Below are positions 35,450 to 44,657 of a stretch of 64,000 nucleotides of DNA, piece after piece. The notes under the pieces are model-generated. The model saw only the letters and a program-made list of their open reading frames with translations, ran no database searches and was not told where the DNA came from. This stretch comes from a virus. The stretch is from the IMG/VR virus record IMGVR_UViG_3300034159_000059; one strand, given 5' to 3'. Each line of letters begins with the position of its first letter. Within the stretch, counting starts at the first letter, position 1. A program made the position numbers and the translations under genes.

Positions 35450-37177
35450 CTAGGCCGCGTGTGTGGTCTCCCGAAAGAGATCCGCATGTTCGAAAACGGC
35501 CGCACCAGCGACCGCGTCACTGCACAACAGGCTTCGATCTTGAAGATGAGCGCCCAATAGATACCGCATCGAGTCGGGAGTGAGGATCTCGGCGTTGGCT
35601 TTCTTCAGGAACATGGTGCTGAGGCCTTCTCCAAGAACCGCTTCTCTCAACTTCGGGTCACTCTCTACTGCATCCACTACCTGCGAAATCTTCTTCAAGA
35701 AGGAGCGCCGATATCCGTTGTACGCGGCGCTAACCTTGTCCAGCAAAGGATGCTCGATAGGCGCTCTGGTGGGAAGGACGTTTTTCGCCCCTCTTCCAGC
35801 AATCATGACCCGGAGCTGAAAAGGAGTCCCAAGGGCGGTACGTTCCTTGATGTACTTCTTGAGAGCGACGAAGATAGCATCCAGCGGCTCATCAGAGTCC
35901 CGACTCCCCATACCTCCGAAGTCGAAGTCGGGGACCTGTCGGAAAACCTTCCGCTCCCGAGTGAGCTGGTTGAGGAGATCGTCTTCGCCCATTCTGCGGA
36001 GCACCACATGCTGATACTCGTGGGGCTTCAGGACCATACCAGTACGAGAGATTGTCCCCAAGACGTCTTGCAGTCGCTTCTGCGCCAGGAAGTCGAGATC
36101 CTTGGGAGAGATGTCCGGTTCCTGCTTCTCCATGGCTGGCAAGGTCTTCATGCCAAAGGAGCTGGAGGGAACCTGCTTCACAATCTCGGAGAGCTTCTGT
36201 CTTGCTTCTTTCACTCCAAAGGCCGAAGCGAGCTTCTCGGTATGACAAGTGACCTGCTCTGCGCATGAAGAGCAGAGACGCCCACAAGGTCCTCGTAGAC
36301 CAGAAGCCCCTGAGCACGAAGCGGCTTTGGACAGCCCGTCAGAAGACAGGGGCACACCGCGAGAGTCGAAGAGAGAGGACTCCACCACGGTGGGTACCGC
36401 GCAAACATTGCCGAGGCAGAGTTGCGCGCCCTTCTGCGCCAGCTTCGCCATCACCTTGGCCGTCTTGTCGGCACCGATGAAGACGAAGCTGATGTCAAAG
36501 AAGCGAGGGAAGATGTTCTTGACGAAGATCTTCTGGCCGTCTGGGAGAATCCGATTTGGCCCGTAGATCCCTCGGAGTTCTTCCGGAGGACGCATGTGCT
36601 TGCAGTAGTCGTCTCGCGTCTTGGAACGATGCAAACACTCTCGGACGGAGCACTCGTCCCAAGGAACCCGACACCCCATGCTCACGTCAGGGAAGTCCCC
36701 GGACTCGATACGCGCCAGAATGCTTCCCGCACCTTGGCGTTCTGCGGCTTCTCGATCGAGCTTGATGACGAGCTCGACTCTACGCATCCTGTGATTCAGG
36801 ACGGAGAGAACTGGATTCCCGAAAGCACGAGCCGGGTCCTTGTTGGCGTGGTGCTGGAAAGCGTGAGCGTTGAGGAACGTCTGGTAGCCGTAATCCGTTC
36901 CTTTGTGAGCCAAAGACTCCCAAGGAAAGTAGTCGGCGTTGATGTTTGAACCGAAATACTCCCCAGCACCAAGGGCGTTCACTAGGACGTAGAGGTGCCT
37001 CTTCCGATCGTCCGACGTGATGGTCTGGATGTACTTGCGCAGCTCTTCCCCAGTCTCCCAATCGGAGAACGGATCTGCGCCGGCAGTCTTCTCGAAACAA
37101 CCGGCACTGCCGAAGAGTGCCTGGGCGTAGATGCCGGCGTCCGTGCGACCGAAGAAGAGTACCTGCTTCTCTTTCAC
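35450..37177 (-). CDS. Hypothetical head-morphogenesis protein (575 aa)
   Basis: Large ORF upstream of the scaffold-like genes; Cys/His cluster DVSMGCRVPWDECSVRECLH. Confidence 0.55.
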   Translation of the reverse strand: MKEKQVLFFGRTDAGIYAQALFGSAGCFEKTAGADPFSDWETGEELRKYIQTITSDDRKRHLYVLVNALGAGEYFGSNINADYFPWESLAHKGTDYGYQTFLNAHAFQHHANKDPARAFGNPVLSVLNHRMRRVELVIKLDREAAERQGAGSILARIESGDFPDVSMGCRVPWDECSVRECLHRSKTRDDYCKHMRPPEELRGIYGPNRILPDGQKIFVKNIFPRFFDISFVFIGADKTAKVMAKLAQKGAQLCLGNVCAVPTVVESSLFDSRGVPLSSDGLSKAASCSGASGLRGPCGRLCSSCAEQVTCHTEKLASAFGVKEARQKLSEIVKQVPSSSFGMKTLPAMEKQEPDISPKDLDFLAQKRLQDVLGTISRTGMVLKPHEYQHVVLRRMGEDDLLNQLTRERKVFRQVPDFDFGGMGSRDSDEPLDAIFVALKKYIKERTALGTPFQLRVMIAGRGAKNVLPTRAPIEHPLLDKVSAAYNGYRRSFLKKISQVVDAVESDPKLREAVLGEGLSTMFLKKANAEILTPDSMRYLLGAHLQDRSLLCSDAVAGAAVFEHADLFRETTHAA

Positions 37178-37189
37178 GTCACGCCCTTC

Positions 37190-37792
37190 TTACTTCTTGG
37201 GGCCGCCGCCGGAGAGTCGGTACTGCGCATCGACCATCTTCTTCTGGCTCTCTGCCATCTCGGTAAGGATCCGGTGGTAGGACATCGGAGCCGTATCCAG
37301 AAGCTGAGAGACGGCTGCCCCAGCCGCCATCGGGTTGGCCGCAAGAGCGGGGGCCACGTCACGAAGGGACTTGTAGTGCTGACGAACGACGTCCAGATCC
37401 TTCTCGCGCAGCTCTGGGTTGGCCGCCAGCATGTTCTTCCAGTGAGTCCCTGAGCGGAGGTTCTTCCGAACCACGTTGTAGAGGTCGGCAGCGACTGCCA
37501 TCCCGAGGCCTCCTAGAACTCCGCTGGCCACACTGCTGGCAGAGTCTGCCCCGAGACGCTTCCCCCAGGAACCGAGTCGAGCGACGCGACTGGACGTGTC
37601 GAGAACCCCAGGGTTGACGGCAGCCGTCTTGGATCTTTCCGTCACCGTCTCTGTGATCTTGCGAAAGCCTTCCTGGACGTCCGGAACGAACTCCGGAGCC
37701 ACCCGTTCCAGGAGCTTCAGCTCGAAAGCCGTCTTCTCGACGACTTCCGGAGCAGCTTGTGCAGCGATCTTCATCATCTCCTGGACGTTCAT
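37190..37792 (-). CDS. Hypothetical protein
   Basis: 200-aa ORF. Confidence 0.45.
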   Translation of the reverse strand: MNVQEMMKIAAQAAPEVVEKTAFELKLLERVAPEFVPDVQEGFRKITETVTERSKTAAVNPGVLDTSSRVARLGSWGKRLGADSASSVASGVLGGLGMAVAADLYNVVRKNLRSGTHWKNMLAANPELREKDLDVVRQHYKSLRDVAPALAANPMAAGAAVSQLLDTAPMSYHRILTEMAESQKKMVDAQYRLSGGGPKK

Positions 37793-38052
37793 TGTTCGAT
37801 CCCCAGTTGGGCACGATGAACGGCCGGGTTGAATCCCGACATCGTTCTCTTGGCCTGGCCGATGGCTGCGGCCGTCCCCAAAACCCCGACGGCTGTTGGG
37901 AGAGGGTGTGCGAGTGCCGTGGCGCCCACTCTCTTGGCGACCCCCACAGCAGCTCTTCCCGCGGCGCCGACAACCCCTGATCGCTTCTCCACCAGCCGAG
38001 TCAAGGCGCGCGTCGTAGAAGAGTGCTTCCGAAGTTCATCGAGCAGCGGCAA
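37789..38052 (-). CDS. Hypothetical small protein
   Basis: 87 aa; N-terminus MPLLDELRKH resembles the DEL(E/Q)K motif. Confidence 0.4.
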   Translation of the reverse strand: MPLLDELRKHSSTTRALTRLVEKRSGVVGAAGRAAVGVAKRVGATALAHPLPTAVGVLGTAAAIGQAKRTMSGFNPAVHRAQLGIEQ

Positions 38053-38980
38053 GGAGATCCTCCTTGATCACCTGCTTCACCGCCTGAAGCTGGTCTTCGA
38101 CCGTGAGGATGGCTGTGGCAACCTTCTCGCACTCGTGTTGGAAGGAGACCACTGCGCCGAACGTCTTCACGAAGGGGTGGTCCTGGTCGACGATCCGATG
38201 AGCCACCTTCTCCAGGTCAGAGAGTTGGCAGTAGACCTCGTCAGGCGCCGCCACCTTCTCCTGGAACAGGCGTGACATGACCGGCACCAGAGCTTCTTTC
38301 AGATCCTCTCCTTCAAGGACCTCACTGGCGCCACGTGCCACGTCCGCGAAGGAGCCTCCGTCGAGCATGTGGCTCTTCACGGCGTCGTAGTACTCCGCCT
38401 CCGCCTGCTTCAAGAGCAGGTCGAGCTTCTGAGCAGAGTCGGTGAGGTTGTCCTTGAGGGAAACCAGATCTTCCTTCTTGGAGATGATCTCGTGGACACC
38501 GGTCTCGTAGGAGAAGTCGAGGCTGGCCGTCTTCTCCCGTGTAGAGGGATCCCCGAGGAACATCCGCTCCAGCTCGTCTTCGAGCTTGGCGTTGGAAATC
38601 TTTTGCCTCGGAACCTCTCGGCAGTAAGACGGATCCTCGATGGACCGCGAGAGTCGCAGGGACGTTGCCGAACCGAGGGCGTCCAGCACTTGGTCGGCGT
38701 CTGCGAGGTCGAATTGGGGGTAGCTGTGTCCGGCCCCCGCGCTCTTCGCCTTGTCATGGAAGCCGAGGTAGGCGCTCGTGTTGGCGAACTCCACCACACG
38801 GCGAATCTGTTCGGAGTTGAGGTCAGGGCTCTCGGACGCGATCTTCATCACGCTGTCCTGAAGAGGGATGCCTGAAGTCAGAAGGCGATCAGCCGCCTCC
38901 TTCCCAAGCAACTCCAACTTCTCGGCGGAGGCCGCCTGTCCTTTTCCGGAGCTCAAGAACTGTGCGAGATCTGCTGGCAT
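38036..38980 (-). CDS. Hypothetical protein
   Basis: ORF track 38036..39148 trimmed to the internal ATG (MPADLAQFLSSGKG…) so it does not overlap the divergent + gene. Confidence 0.45.
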   Translation of the reverse strand: MPADLAQFLSSGKGQAASAEKLELLGKEAADRLLTSGIPLQDSVMKIASESPDLNSEQIRRVVEFANTSAYLGFHDKAKSAGAGHSYPQFDLADADQVLDALGSATSLRLSRSIEDPSYCREVPRQKISNAKLEDELERMFLGDPSTREKTASLDFSYETGVHEIISKKEDLVSLKDNLTDSAQKLDLLLKQAEAEYYDAVKSHMLDGGSFADVARGASEVLEGEDLKEALVPVMSRLFQEKVAAPDEVYCQLSDLEKVAHRIVDQDHPFVKTFGAVVSFQHECEKVATAILTVEDQLQAVKQVIKEDLLAAAR

Positions 38981-39040
38981 GGGTGGTAGACTCCCGTCCC
39001 TGGGAGAAGCTGGGTTCAGAGTAGAAGGGAGGTGGCTGAA

Positions 39041-39730
39041 ATGGGAAGCGAATTCCTCACCATCGACCAGGCAGCGGCGAAGCTCCGGGTGACGAAGAGA
39101 TCTGTTCTCAACTACCTGCGGAGGGGGCTCCTGCGTCGAGAGAGGCAAGGAAAGAACAAAGTTTGCATCCCGCTCGAAGACGTTGAGCAGCTTCAGACAG
39201 ACCTAGGGGTCGGGTTTCCTCCGATGAGTCGGAAGACCTTCTTCCAGCTCTGGGCCCGGGTGCAGCGCCTAGAAGCCGACATGGTAGTCGTGAAGAGGGG
39301 CCTTGGGGTAGGAGGTTCTCCTCTTCGTCCAACCAAGCAAGAGGCCATCCTCCTATCTGAGCACGCAAGACGAGCTCTAGACGCCGGGCAGTGGGGGGAG
39401 GAAGAGCTTGTGTCCTGGGCTGATCTCTTCGACCGTGCCGACGAAGTCTTCTTTGAGACTCTGGACGCAGCTCTCGAAGCCTCGGACGGGTGGCTCCCGT
39501 TCTACCAGCTCTGTGTTGCTCAGATGAAGCAAGTGAGCTTCGATCCCCGGTTCAAGACCTCCCTCTCTCTGCAAGCCCTGCACTCTCATCTGACGCAAGG
39601 GTTGCAGCATATCCGACAAGCTGCTCTCGTCTACATAGAGGCAGGAGGCGGCAAGACGACAGAGACGGCTGTCGCAAAGATGGACGGTGTCAAAGCCACG
39701 CTGGAGAAGAGGCTGACTGCAAAAGGTTGA
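39041..39730 (+). CDS. MerR/excisionase-type (HTH_17) DNA-binding protein with a C-terminal domain of unknown function
   Basis: LTIDQAAAKLRVTKRSVLNYLRRGLL…IPLEDVEQL is a classic HTH_17 helix-turn-helix; on the opposite strand to the flanking structural genes. Confidence 0.6.
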   Translation: MGSEFLTIDQAAAKLRVTKRSVLNYLRRGLLRRERQGKNKVCIPLEDVEQLQTDLGVGFPPMSRKTFFQLWARVQRLEADMVVVKRGLGVGGSPLRPTKQEAILLSEHARRALDAGQWGEEELVSWADLFDRADEVFFETLDAALEASDGWLPFYQLCVAQMKQVSFDPRFKTSLSLQALHSHLTQGLQHIRQAALVYIEAGGGKTTETAVAKMDGVKATLEKRLTAKG

Positions 39731-39797
39731 GCTCTGAAGGGATAAGAAGAAGAGGCGGAATTATTCGCCTCCTATTCCTTGGAGGTCTATCTCAACC

Positions 39798-40172
39798 ATG
39801 AATACCGTTTCAGGAGTTGCCGTCGATCAAGCAGACCCTTCCAGCCCTCCAGTCGGGAGTGACGGGAAATCCCGACCCCATCGAAAGATCAGTCTGACGG
39901 ACGAAGAAGTCCGTCTGATCGCCTTCGAGGCGGCAAGAAGAGGCGACAGCGCGCAGGCGGCGCGCATCGCTGAACTCATCGGGGAGCAGCCTCCCAAGGT
40001 CGGCTTCTTTCAGAAGATGCCCACTCGGGGAGAGATCCTCACCGTGGTTGGAGTAGCTGTGGTGGCCGGCGTCGGGGCGTATGTCGGCGTCAAGATCTCG
40101 CGACGTCGATCCTCCATGAAGTCCGGAGGCAAGGTGCTGAAGCTGGCACCACCTCTCGCCGCCAGCCGCTGA
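39798..40172 (+). CDS. Hypothetical protein with a C-terminal TM helix
   Basis: 124 aa; ILTVVGVAVVAGVGAYVGV hydrophobic segment. Confidence 0.45.
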   Translation: MNTVSGVAVDQADPSSPPVGSDGKSRPHRKISLTDEEVRLIAFEAARRGDSAQAARIAELIGEQPPKVGFFQKMPTRGEILTVVGVAVVAGVGAYVGVKISRRRSSMKSGGKVLKLAPPLAASR

Positions 40173-40265
40173 GGTTAGGGACTCTCTCGAATATGCAGTC
40201 TTCGGCTCGCGCCGAACGCCTACCAAAAATAGGCTCCTTCGATTTGAGAGAGGCGGGAAGGAAGC

Positions 40266-40306
40266 AGAAGGTCGGGCTTCCACACCCGACCTTCTTCCCT
40301 TTTAGG
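40266..40306 (+). terminator. Rho-independent terminator closing the + island
   Basis: AGAAGGTCGGG-cttccacac-CCCGACCTTCT followed by TCCCTTTTAGG; overlaps the terminase stop. Confidence 0.7.
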
Positions 40307-42188
40307 TATCTTCCGGCGCTGCGTAGTTGGTCTTCTGCGTCGGGTTCAGCACGTCATGGCGTGGATTCCGAATCATCGAGGCGAGGAAGCAGAAGAGGAT
40401 GGCGTGGAACGAGTCGTCCGTCATGTCCGGCGCGTGCTTGTACTGCACCTGACGCTGCGTCTCGTTGTACTCGCTGAAGATGTTCAGCATGTCCTTCGCG
40501 AACGGATCTTCGAACTGAGCAAAGTCCGGGAAGCGGAAGACGTCTAGACGCTTGATGGCGCTGAAGATGTCGCTCATCACCTCTGTGCGATGGACGAGGT
40601 AGCGACGCAAACCATCTTCCCAACGCACCTTCTGGCTGGGCTGGGAGTACTGGTACTTCACGATTCTGCGAGAGCCGAAGGTGCGGGCGAGCTGATCGTT
40701 CGGGTAGTGGCCACCACCGTAGTCAACTCCGACGAGCTGCACGTTCCAGTACTTGATGAGCTTGCTGATGAGGTCGATCTGGGCCGAAGGTTCTACCTCT
40801 GGGCCCTCAAAGCGGTGGATGTAGAAGATGTTGAAGAAACCATGAATGTAGGCGCCTAGCGCGATGACGGAGTACGAACCTTCGCCAGTACCCCAGTCGA
40901 TTCCCGCGTAGACCGGAGAGATGTCTCCGAGAGCTGCTTTGATGGCATGAAGACCATCCTGGTCCATGTACTGACCAGGGACGCAGTTGTCGATGATGTT
41001 CTTGCGCGTGAGGGGACGCGAACCAGAGTCGTAAGAAAGCCCCAATACCTCGTTGTAGAAAGTGGCGCGCGGGAACTTGACGTACTTGTCTAGGATCTCA
41101 GACCAAGGGATCCAGGGCACCATGAGCTGCGGGATCCGATACCCCTCGTAGAACTCCTTCAACTTCTGCTTCACGCCCTCATTCATCGAAGCCCACTGCG
41201 CCATCGGGTGCATGGGATCGATACGCTGTTTGCACTTGGAACAAATCGGACCATCCTGCCCAGGGTCGATGTTGTCCTCAGTGAGGATGTTCCAGAACCA
41301 GCTCGACGGGTTGTTGGGAGTGCCGTGCCGATCGCAGGGCACCACCCACTCATTCTGCGTTGAGAAGTTCTGCCAGTAGTGCTCGATGGTGTTGTCAGTG
41401 CTCTTCGGCGTGCCGGAGTAGAGGAAGAGCTTGTAGTGCGAGTGGGACGCGCACTCTTCGATGACGGGGATGTTGTCGGTGATGACATCCTGGATCTCGT
41501 CTACCAGGATGAGATCAGCCGGGATGCCTCTGGTACGGTCGGCGTTGTGGTAGGCGTATCGAAGCGTGATCTTCGAACGGTTGATGAACTGCTTCTCAAA
41601 GACGTTGTCGGAGAGCTTTGAGGTAGTCCAGGCCTTCAAGATCTCCGACGTCTCGATGGGCTCCTTGAGACGGTCCGCCGAGAACTTCTTCGTCTGCTGG
41701 TTCGTCGGAGAGACGTAGAGAACGTTGAAGGCGTTGACGATGCAGCAGTAGGCGAGACACTTGTTCCCGAGCAGCGTCGACTTCTCGACCTGGCGCCCGC
41801 ATTTGTAGAGAGTGCGACGTGCTGGCGTGTCGTAAGGAAGACGGAGGTACCGTCTTCCGTCGAAGCTGAAAGGGACGTGTTTCTGAAGCTCCTTGTTCGG
41901 AACCCGGATGGCGAACTCGACAAACTGAGAAGGAGGCACTCCGATGAGTTGAGCTTGTCTCTGCTGAAGCTCGCTCTCGTCCAGGAACCCTTCTTCGACC
42001 TCGGAGCGGTAGTCCCACTCTTCGCGGAGCTCAGGATACCCGCTCTCGGAGATGACGACGTCCGAGTCTAGGCGTAGGTACTCATCATATGGAAGGGTCA
42101 GCATCCGACAGGAGTCCTCATCATGGCGCCCCCAGGTCTTGCCTGGCTCAACTCGTTCTCGATCTCGACTGGAGCTGCACTCGACCAA
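40302..42188 (-). CDS. terL: Terminase large subunit
   Basis: 628 aa; ATPase Walker B-like …LILVDEIQDV… and a C-terminal nuclease region GIDWGTGEGSYSVIALGAY typical of large terminases. Confidence 0.9.
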   Translation of the reverse strand: MVECSSSRDRERVEPGKTWGRHDEDSCRMLTLPYDEYLRLDSDVVISESGYPELREEWDYRSEVEEGFLDESELQQRQAQLIGVPPSQFVEFAIRVPNKELQKHVPFSFDGRRYLRLPYDTPARRTLYKCGRQVEKSTLLGNKCLAYCCIVNAFNVLYVSPTNQQTKKFSADRLKEPIETSEILKAWTTSKLSDNVFEKQFINRSKITLRYAYHNADRTRGIPADLILVDEIQDVITDNIPVIEECASHSHYKLFLYSGTPKSTDNTIEHYWQNFSTQNEWVVPCDRHGTPNNPSSWFWNILTEDNIDPGQDGPICSKCKQRIDPMHPMAQWASMNEGVKQKLKEFYEGYRIPQLMVPWIPWSEILDKYVKFPRATFYNEVLGLSYDSGSRPLTRKNIIDNCVPGQYMDQDGLHAIKAALGDISPVYAGIDWGTGEGSYSVIALGAYIHGFFNIFYIHRFEGPEVEPSAQIDLISKLIKYWNVQLVGVDYGGGHYPNDQLARTFGSRRIVKYQYSQPSQKVRWEDGLRRYLVHRTEVMSDIFSAIKRLDVFRFPDFAQFEDPFAKDMLNIFSEYNETQRQVQYKHAPDMTDDSFHAILFCFLASMIRNPRHDVLNPTQKTNYAAPEDT

Positions 42189-42266
42189 GGCATCGTGGCA
42201 GAAGTCTACTCCACTGTAAATCCGTTAGTGTACACGGTTCGCGTCCGGTGGCCAGAGTCCATCTCC

Positions 42267-42458
42267 ATGAAGAATGCAGTCATGGTATGGAATCTGCTAC
42301 AGAAATGGGCGGCTGCAAACAAGACAACTCCAGATGGGCGAGTGGACTTCGTTCAAGAAATCATCACCACTACAAGAGAAGTCCGCATCCGAGGCTTCTC
42401 CGTAGACATCCACATTCGTGAGCGACTCGGGCATCCAAAGAACGAGTACCCGAAGTGA
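42267..42458 (+). CDS. Small hypothetical protein
   Basis: Internal ATG of ORF 42123..42458, chosen to avoid overlap with the terminase start. Confidence 0.3.
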   Translation: MKNAVMVWNLLQKWAAANKTTPDGRVDFVQEIITTTREVRIRGFSVDIHIRERLGHPKNEYPK

Positions 42459-42481
42459 TAAGAAGTGAAGGAGGATTTTTC

Positions 42482-42796
42482 ATGTTCTGGTTCTTCAAGA
42501 AAAAGTCTGCTCGTCACGCTGCTATCGCCGAAGAGCTGAAAAAGATTACCGCTGCGAATCGGCACAAGGTGGAGGCGGAAAAGCTCGCTCGCATCAAAGC
42601 GATCAACGCAGAAAGTGGACGCATCCTCGCTAGAGCAAGAGAAGAGGCTAGAGAAGGACATTCCAGGGCCGACTTCGACATCTCTCCAGCTCTTTGCTTG
42701 CACAAGGATGCCATCGTGGCCGATCTCAGAGCGAAAGGCCTCCAGGTCTCCTGCGGATTTCTAAAGGATGACCTTTCCCTGACGGTCTCGTGGTGA
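42482..42796 (+). CDS. Hypothetical protein
   Basis: GAAGGAGGA RBS 6 nt before the ATG; (C)CAAAG-N17-ATAAGA promoter-like variant at 42435-42463. Confidence 0.45.
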   Translation: MFWFFKKKSARHAAIAEELKKITAANRHKVEAEKLARIKAINAESGRILARAREEAREGHSRADFDISPALCLHKDAIVADLRAKGLQVSCGFLKDDLSLTVSW

Positions 42797-42802
42797 GGAG
42801 CT

Positions 42803-43450
42803 ATGGCAGAACTTCTCACAGGCGGGCTCGATGAGGTTGGTTGGGGAAGTCTCGCTGGTCCCATCGTTTCCGTTGTGGCGGTGATGACGAAGAAGGACCT
42901 CCTGCTTCTGCCGAAGGGGGTCACGGATTCGAAGAAGCTCAGTCCTTTACGACGAGAGAGCTTCTTTCTTCAACTCTGTGCGGCCGTCACAGACGTAGGA
43001 CTGGGTGCGGTGGAGCCCTGGGAGATCGACAAGATGGGCCCGAAGTTCGCGCTTCAGGAGAGCTACAACCGAGCGCTCGCAGAGCTGCACCACGCACCAG
43101 ACCTTCTCATCGTGGATGGCTCTGAGTGGACGAACCGGGTGAAGGGCTGGGCAGGGAAACAGGAAGTGGTCCCCAAGGCAGACTTCAAGTTCAAGGAGGT
43201 ATCCATCGCCTCCATCATCGCCAAGGTGGTGCGAGATCGGGTGATGGTCGAACGCGCAGCGCGGCTGAAGAAGCTCGGCTTCCCTGACTACAACTGGGCA
43301 GAGAACAAGGGCTACGGAACCCCCGACCACTTCGCCGCCATCCAGAACCACGGCCTTCTCTTCGGGCCCGAGCATGACGGCTATCAACACCGGAAGAGCT
43401 ACTGCAAGAACCTCATGGGGAAAGTGAAGATCTACAAGAAGGAGACCTAG
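42803..43450 (+). CDS. rnhB: Ribonuclease HII
   Basis: GLDEVGWGSLAGPIVSVVAV (DEXG catalytic motif), DSKKLS, IVDG, ASIIAKV.RD and YGT motifs of RNase HII; GAGGAG RBS. Confidence 0.85.
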   Translation: MAELLTGGLDEVGWGSLAGPIVSVVAVMTKKDLLLLPKGVTDSKKLSPLRRESFFLQLCAAVTDVGLGAVEPWEIDKMGPKFALQESYNRALAELHHAPDLLIVDGSEWTNRVKGWAGKQEVVPKADFKFKEVSIASIIAKVVRDRVMVERAARLKKLGFPDYNWAENKGYGTPDHFAAIQNHGLLFGPEHDGYQHRKSYCKNLMGKVKIYKKET

Positions 43451-43710
43451 TGAAATTCATCGGCACATTCGGTTTCGCCCATGAGGACCCCAAGACAGGG
43501 AAACCGTTGCGAGGCAAATACGTCGTGGTAGAGGCTGAGACCTTTGACGAGGCGCATCGGAAGATGTCCAGCAGGTTCGATAGGAAGTGGGGATGCTTGT
43601 ACGAGTCCAAGGAAGAGGCTGGGGTGGATCGTTTCGGGCTCACGAACCTCGACGAAAGACCTGACGAAGGGGTGGTGGTACCCAACCTGAAGCGCGTCGT
43701 GGAGCTCTGA
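43450..43710 (+). CDS. Hypothetical protein
   Basis: GTG start overlapping the rnhB stop (TAGTG); 86 aa. Confidence 0.5.
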   Translation: MKFIGTFGFAHEDPKTGKPLRGKYVVVEAETFDEAHRKMSSRFDRKWGCLYESKEEAGVDRFGLTNLDERPDEGVVVPNLKRVVEL

Positions 43711-43712
43711 TC

Positions 43713-43952
43713 ATGCTCGTGCTGGTGAAGTGCCACTGCTGTGATGTCCCCTTCCACTTCCCACAAGAGGTCCTCGCCCGGATGAAGGTTCCGTCGACCT
43801 TCTGCGAGCGCTGTTTCAACAGCTTCGACGCACTCACCCTTCGAAAGTGGTTCGTGGTCGACATTCTCCATCGACAGGTTCAGGAACTCTCCCGAACCAT
43901 CGAACAGGTGTTGGGTGGTCTTGTGAACCAAACGCCGACAGCGCTTGGGTAG
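43713..43952 (+). CDS. Cys-rich small protein (zinc-ribbon-like)
   Basis: KCHCCD…FCERCF cysteine pairs. Confidence 0.45.
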   Translation: MLVLVKCHCCDVPFHFPQEVLARMKVPSTFCERCFNSFDALTLRKWFVVDILHRQVQELSRTIEQVLGGLVNQTPTALG

Positions 43953-43957
43953 AGAGA

Positions 43958-43990
43958 AGGCCGGACAGAGAGTCCGGCCTTCTCTTTTTA
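43958..43990 (+). terminator. Rho-independent terminator
   Basis: AGGCCGGAC-agaga-GTCCGGCCT followed by TCTCTTTTTA. Confidence 0.75.
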
Positions 43991-44186
43991 GCTCAGAATC
44001 CAGTTCGGGTGACGAAGGCGGTGTTCTCTGTGCCCCCGCTGGGCCACATTCCTTCAGGGGAGAACGCCCTGTCCCTAGGAGAGAGATCGTCCTTGGAAGG
44101 AGGAATCCCTCTCTTCTTCCCCTGCGTAGCCTGGGGACGGAGAGCTCCCATCTTGACGATGGCCAGCAACTCTTCAGCGAAGGAAG

Positions 44187-44657
44187 TCATTCTCCGCCGA
44201 GACTCTTGTGGAGAGCAGTGGCGGCTCTGATAGCCAAGTCAGACCAGAACTGCTTCCCACCGAAGCCTGCGACTTTGACGAAGTAGGCTCCCATGTCCCG
44301 ATCATCCTCGACATCGAGCCCTTCGCCTCCAAAGACGTCCGTCATGGCCTTCTGGAGCTCATCCTTGAAGCCTTTGGGGAAGGCGGGGCGCGGTACGCCT
44401 GCGCTGTCTGCTGCATGAAGACCCCAGGGCCAGAAGTGGAAGATGATGTCCCCACTCCGCTTCGCGAACTCCGCCTCGAAGTGTCCGGGGCTACGGATCT
44501 CCCGGAACTGAATGGGCTCTACTTGCTTGTTTCCGAAGGATGTCTCCTTGGTGATGACGGGAAACCCTTCGCCCTTCGCCTGGTCGAGAACGGAGATGCG
44601 CTCCGGAGAGAGTGCAAGCTGCTTCCTCGATTGAAGTTCCTGCTCAACCCAGCTCAT
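44187..44657 (-). CDS. Hypothetical protein with a GFKDELQKAMTD motif
   Basis: 156-aa ORF. Confidence 0.5.
   Translation of the reverse strand: MSWVEQELQSRKQLALSPERISVLDQAKGEGFPVITKETSFGNKQVEPIQFREIRSPGHFEAEFAKRSGDIIFHFWPWGLHAADSAGVPRPAFPKGFKDELQKAMTDVFGGEGLDVEDDRDMGAYFVKVAGFGGKQFWSDLAIRAATALHKSLGGE

Noticed and set aside
39041-39730. Integration/excision module (excisionase plus integrase) or other mobile element
   Set aside because: Only an HTH_17-type domain is present; no integrase, transposase or att-like repeats recognised in the window
39753-39771. Hairpin GAGGCG-gaattatt-CGCCTC as the terminator of 39041..39730
   Set aside because: Short stem and weak T-tract; it lies between a promoter-like ATAAGA and the next start, so it may be a 5'UTR structure; left ambiguous
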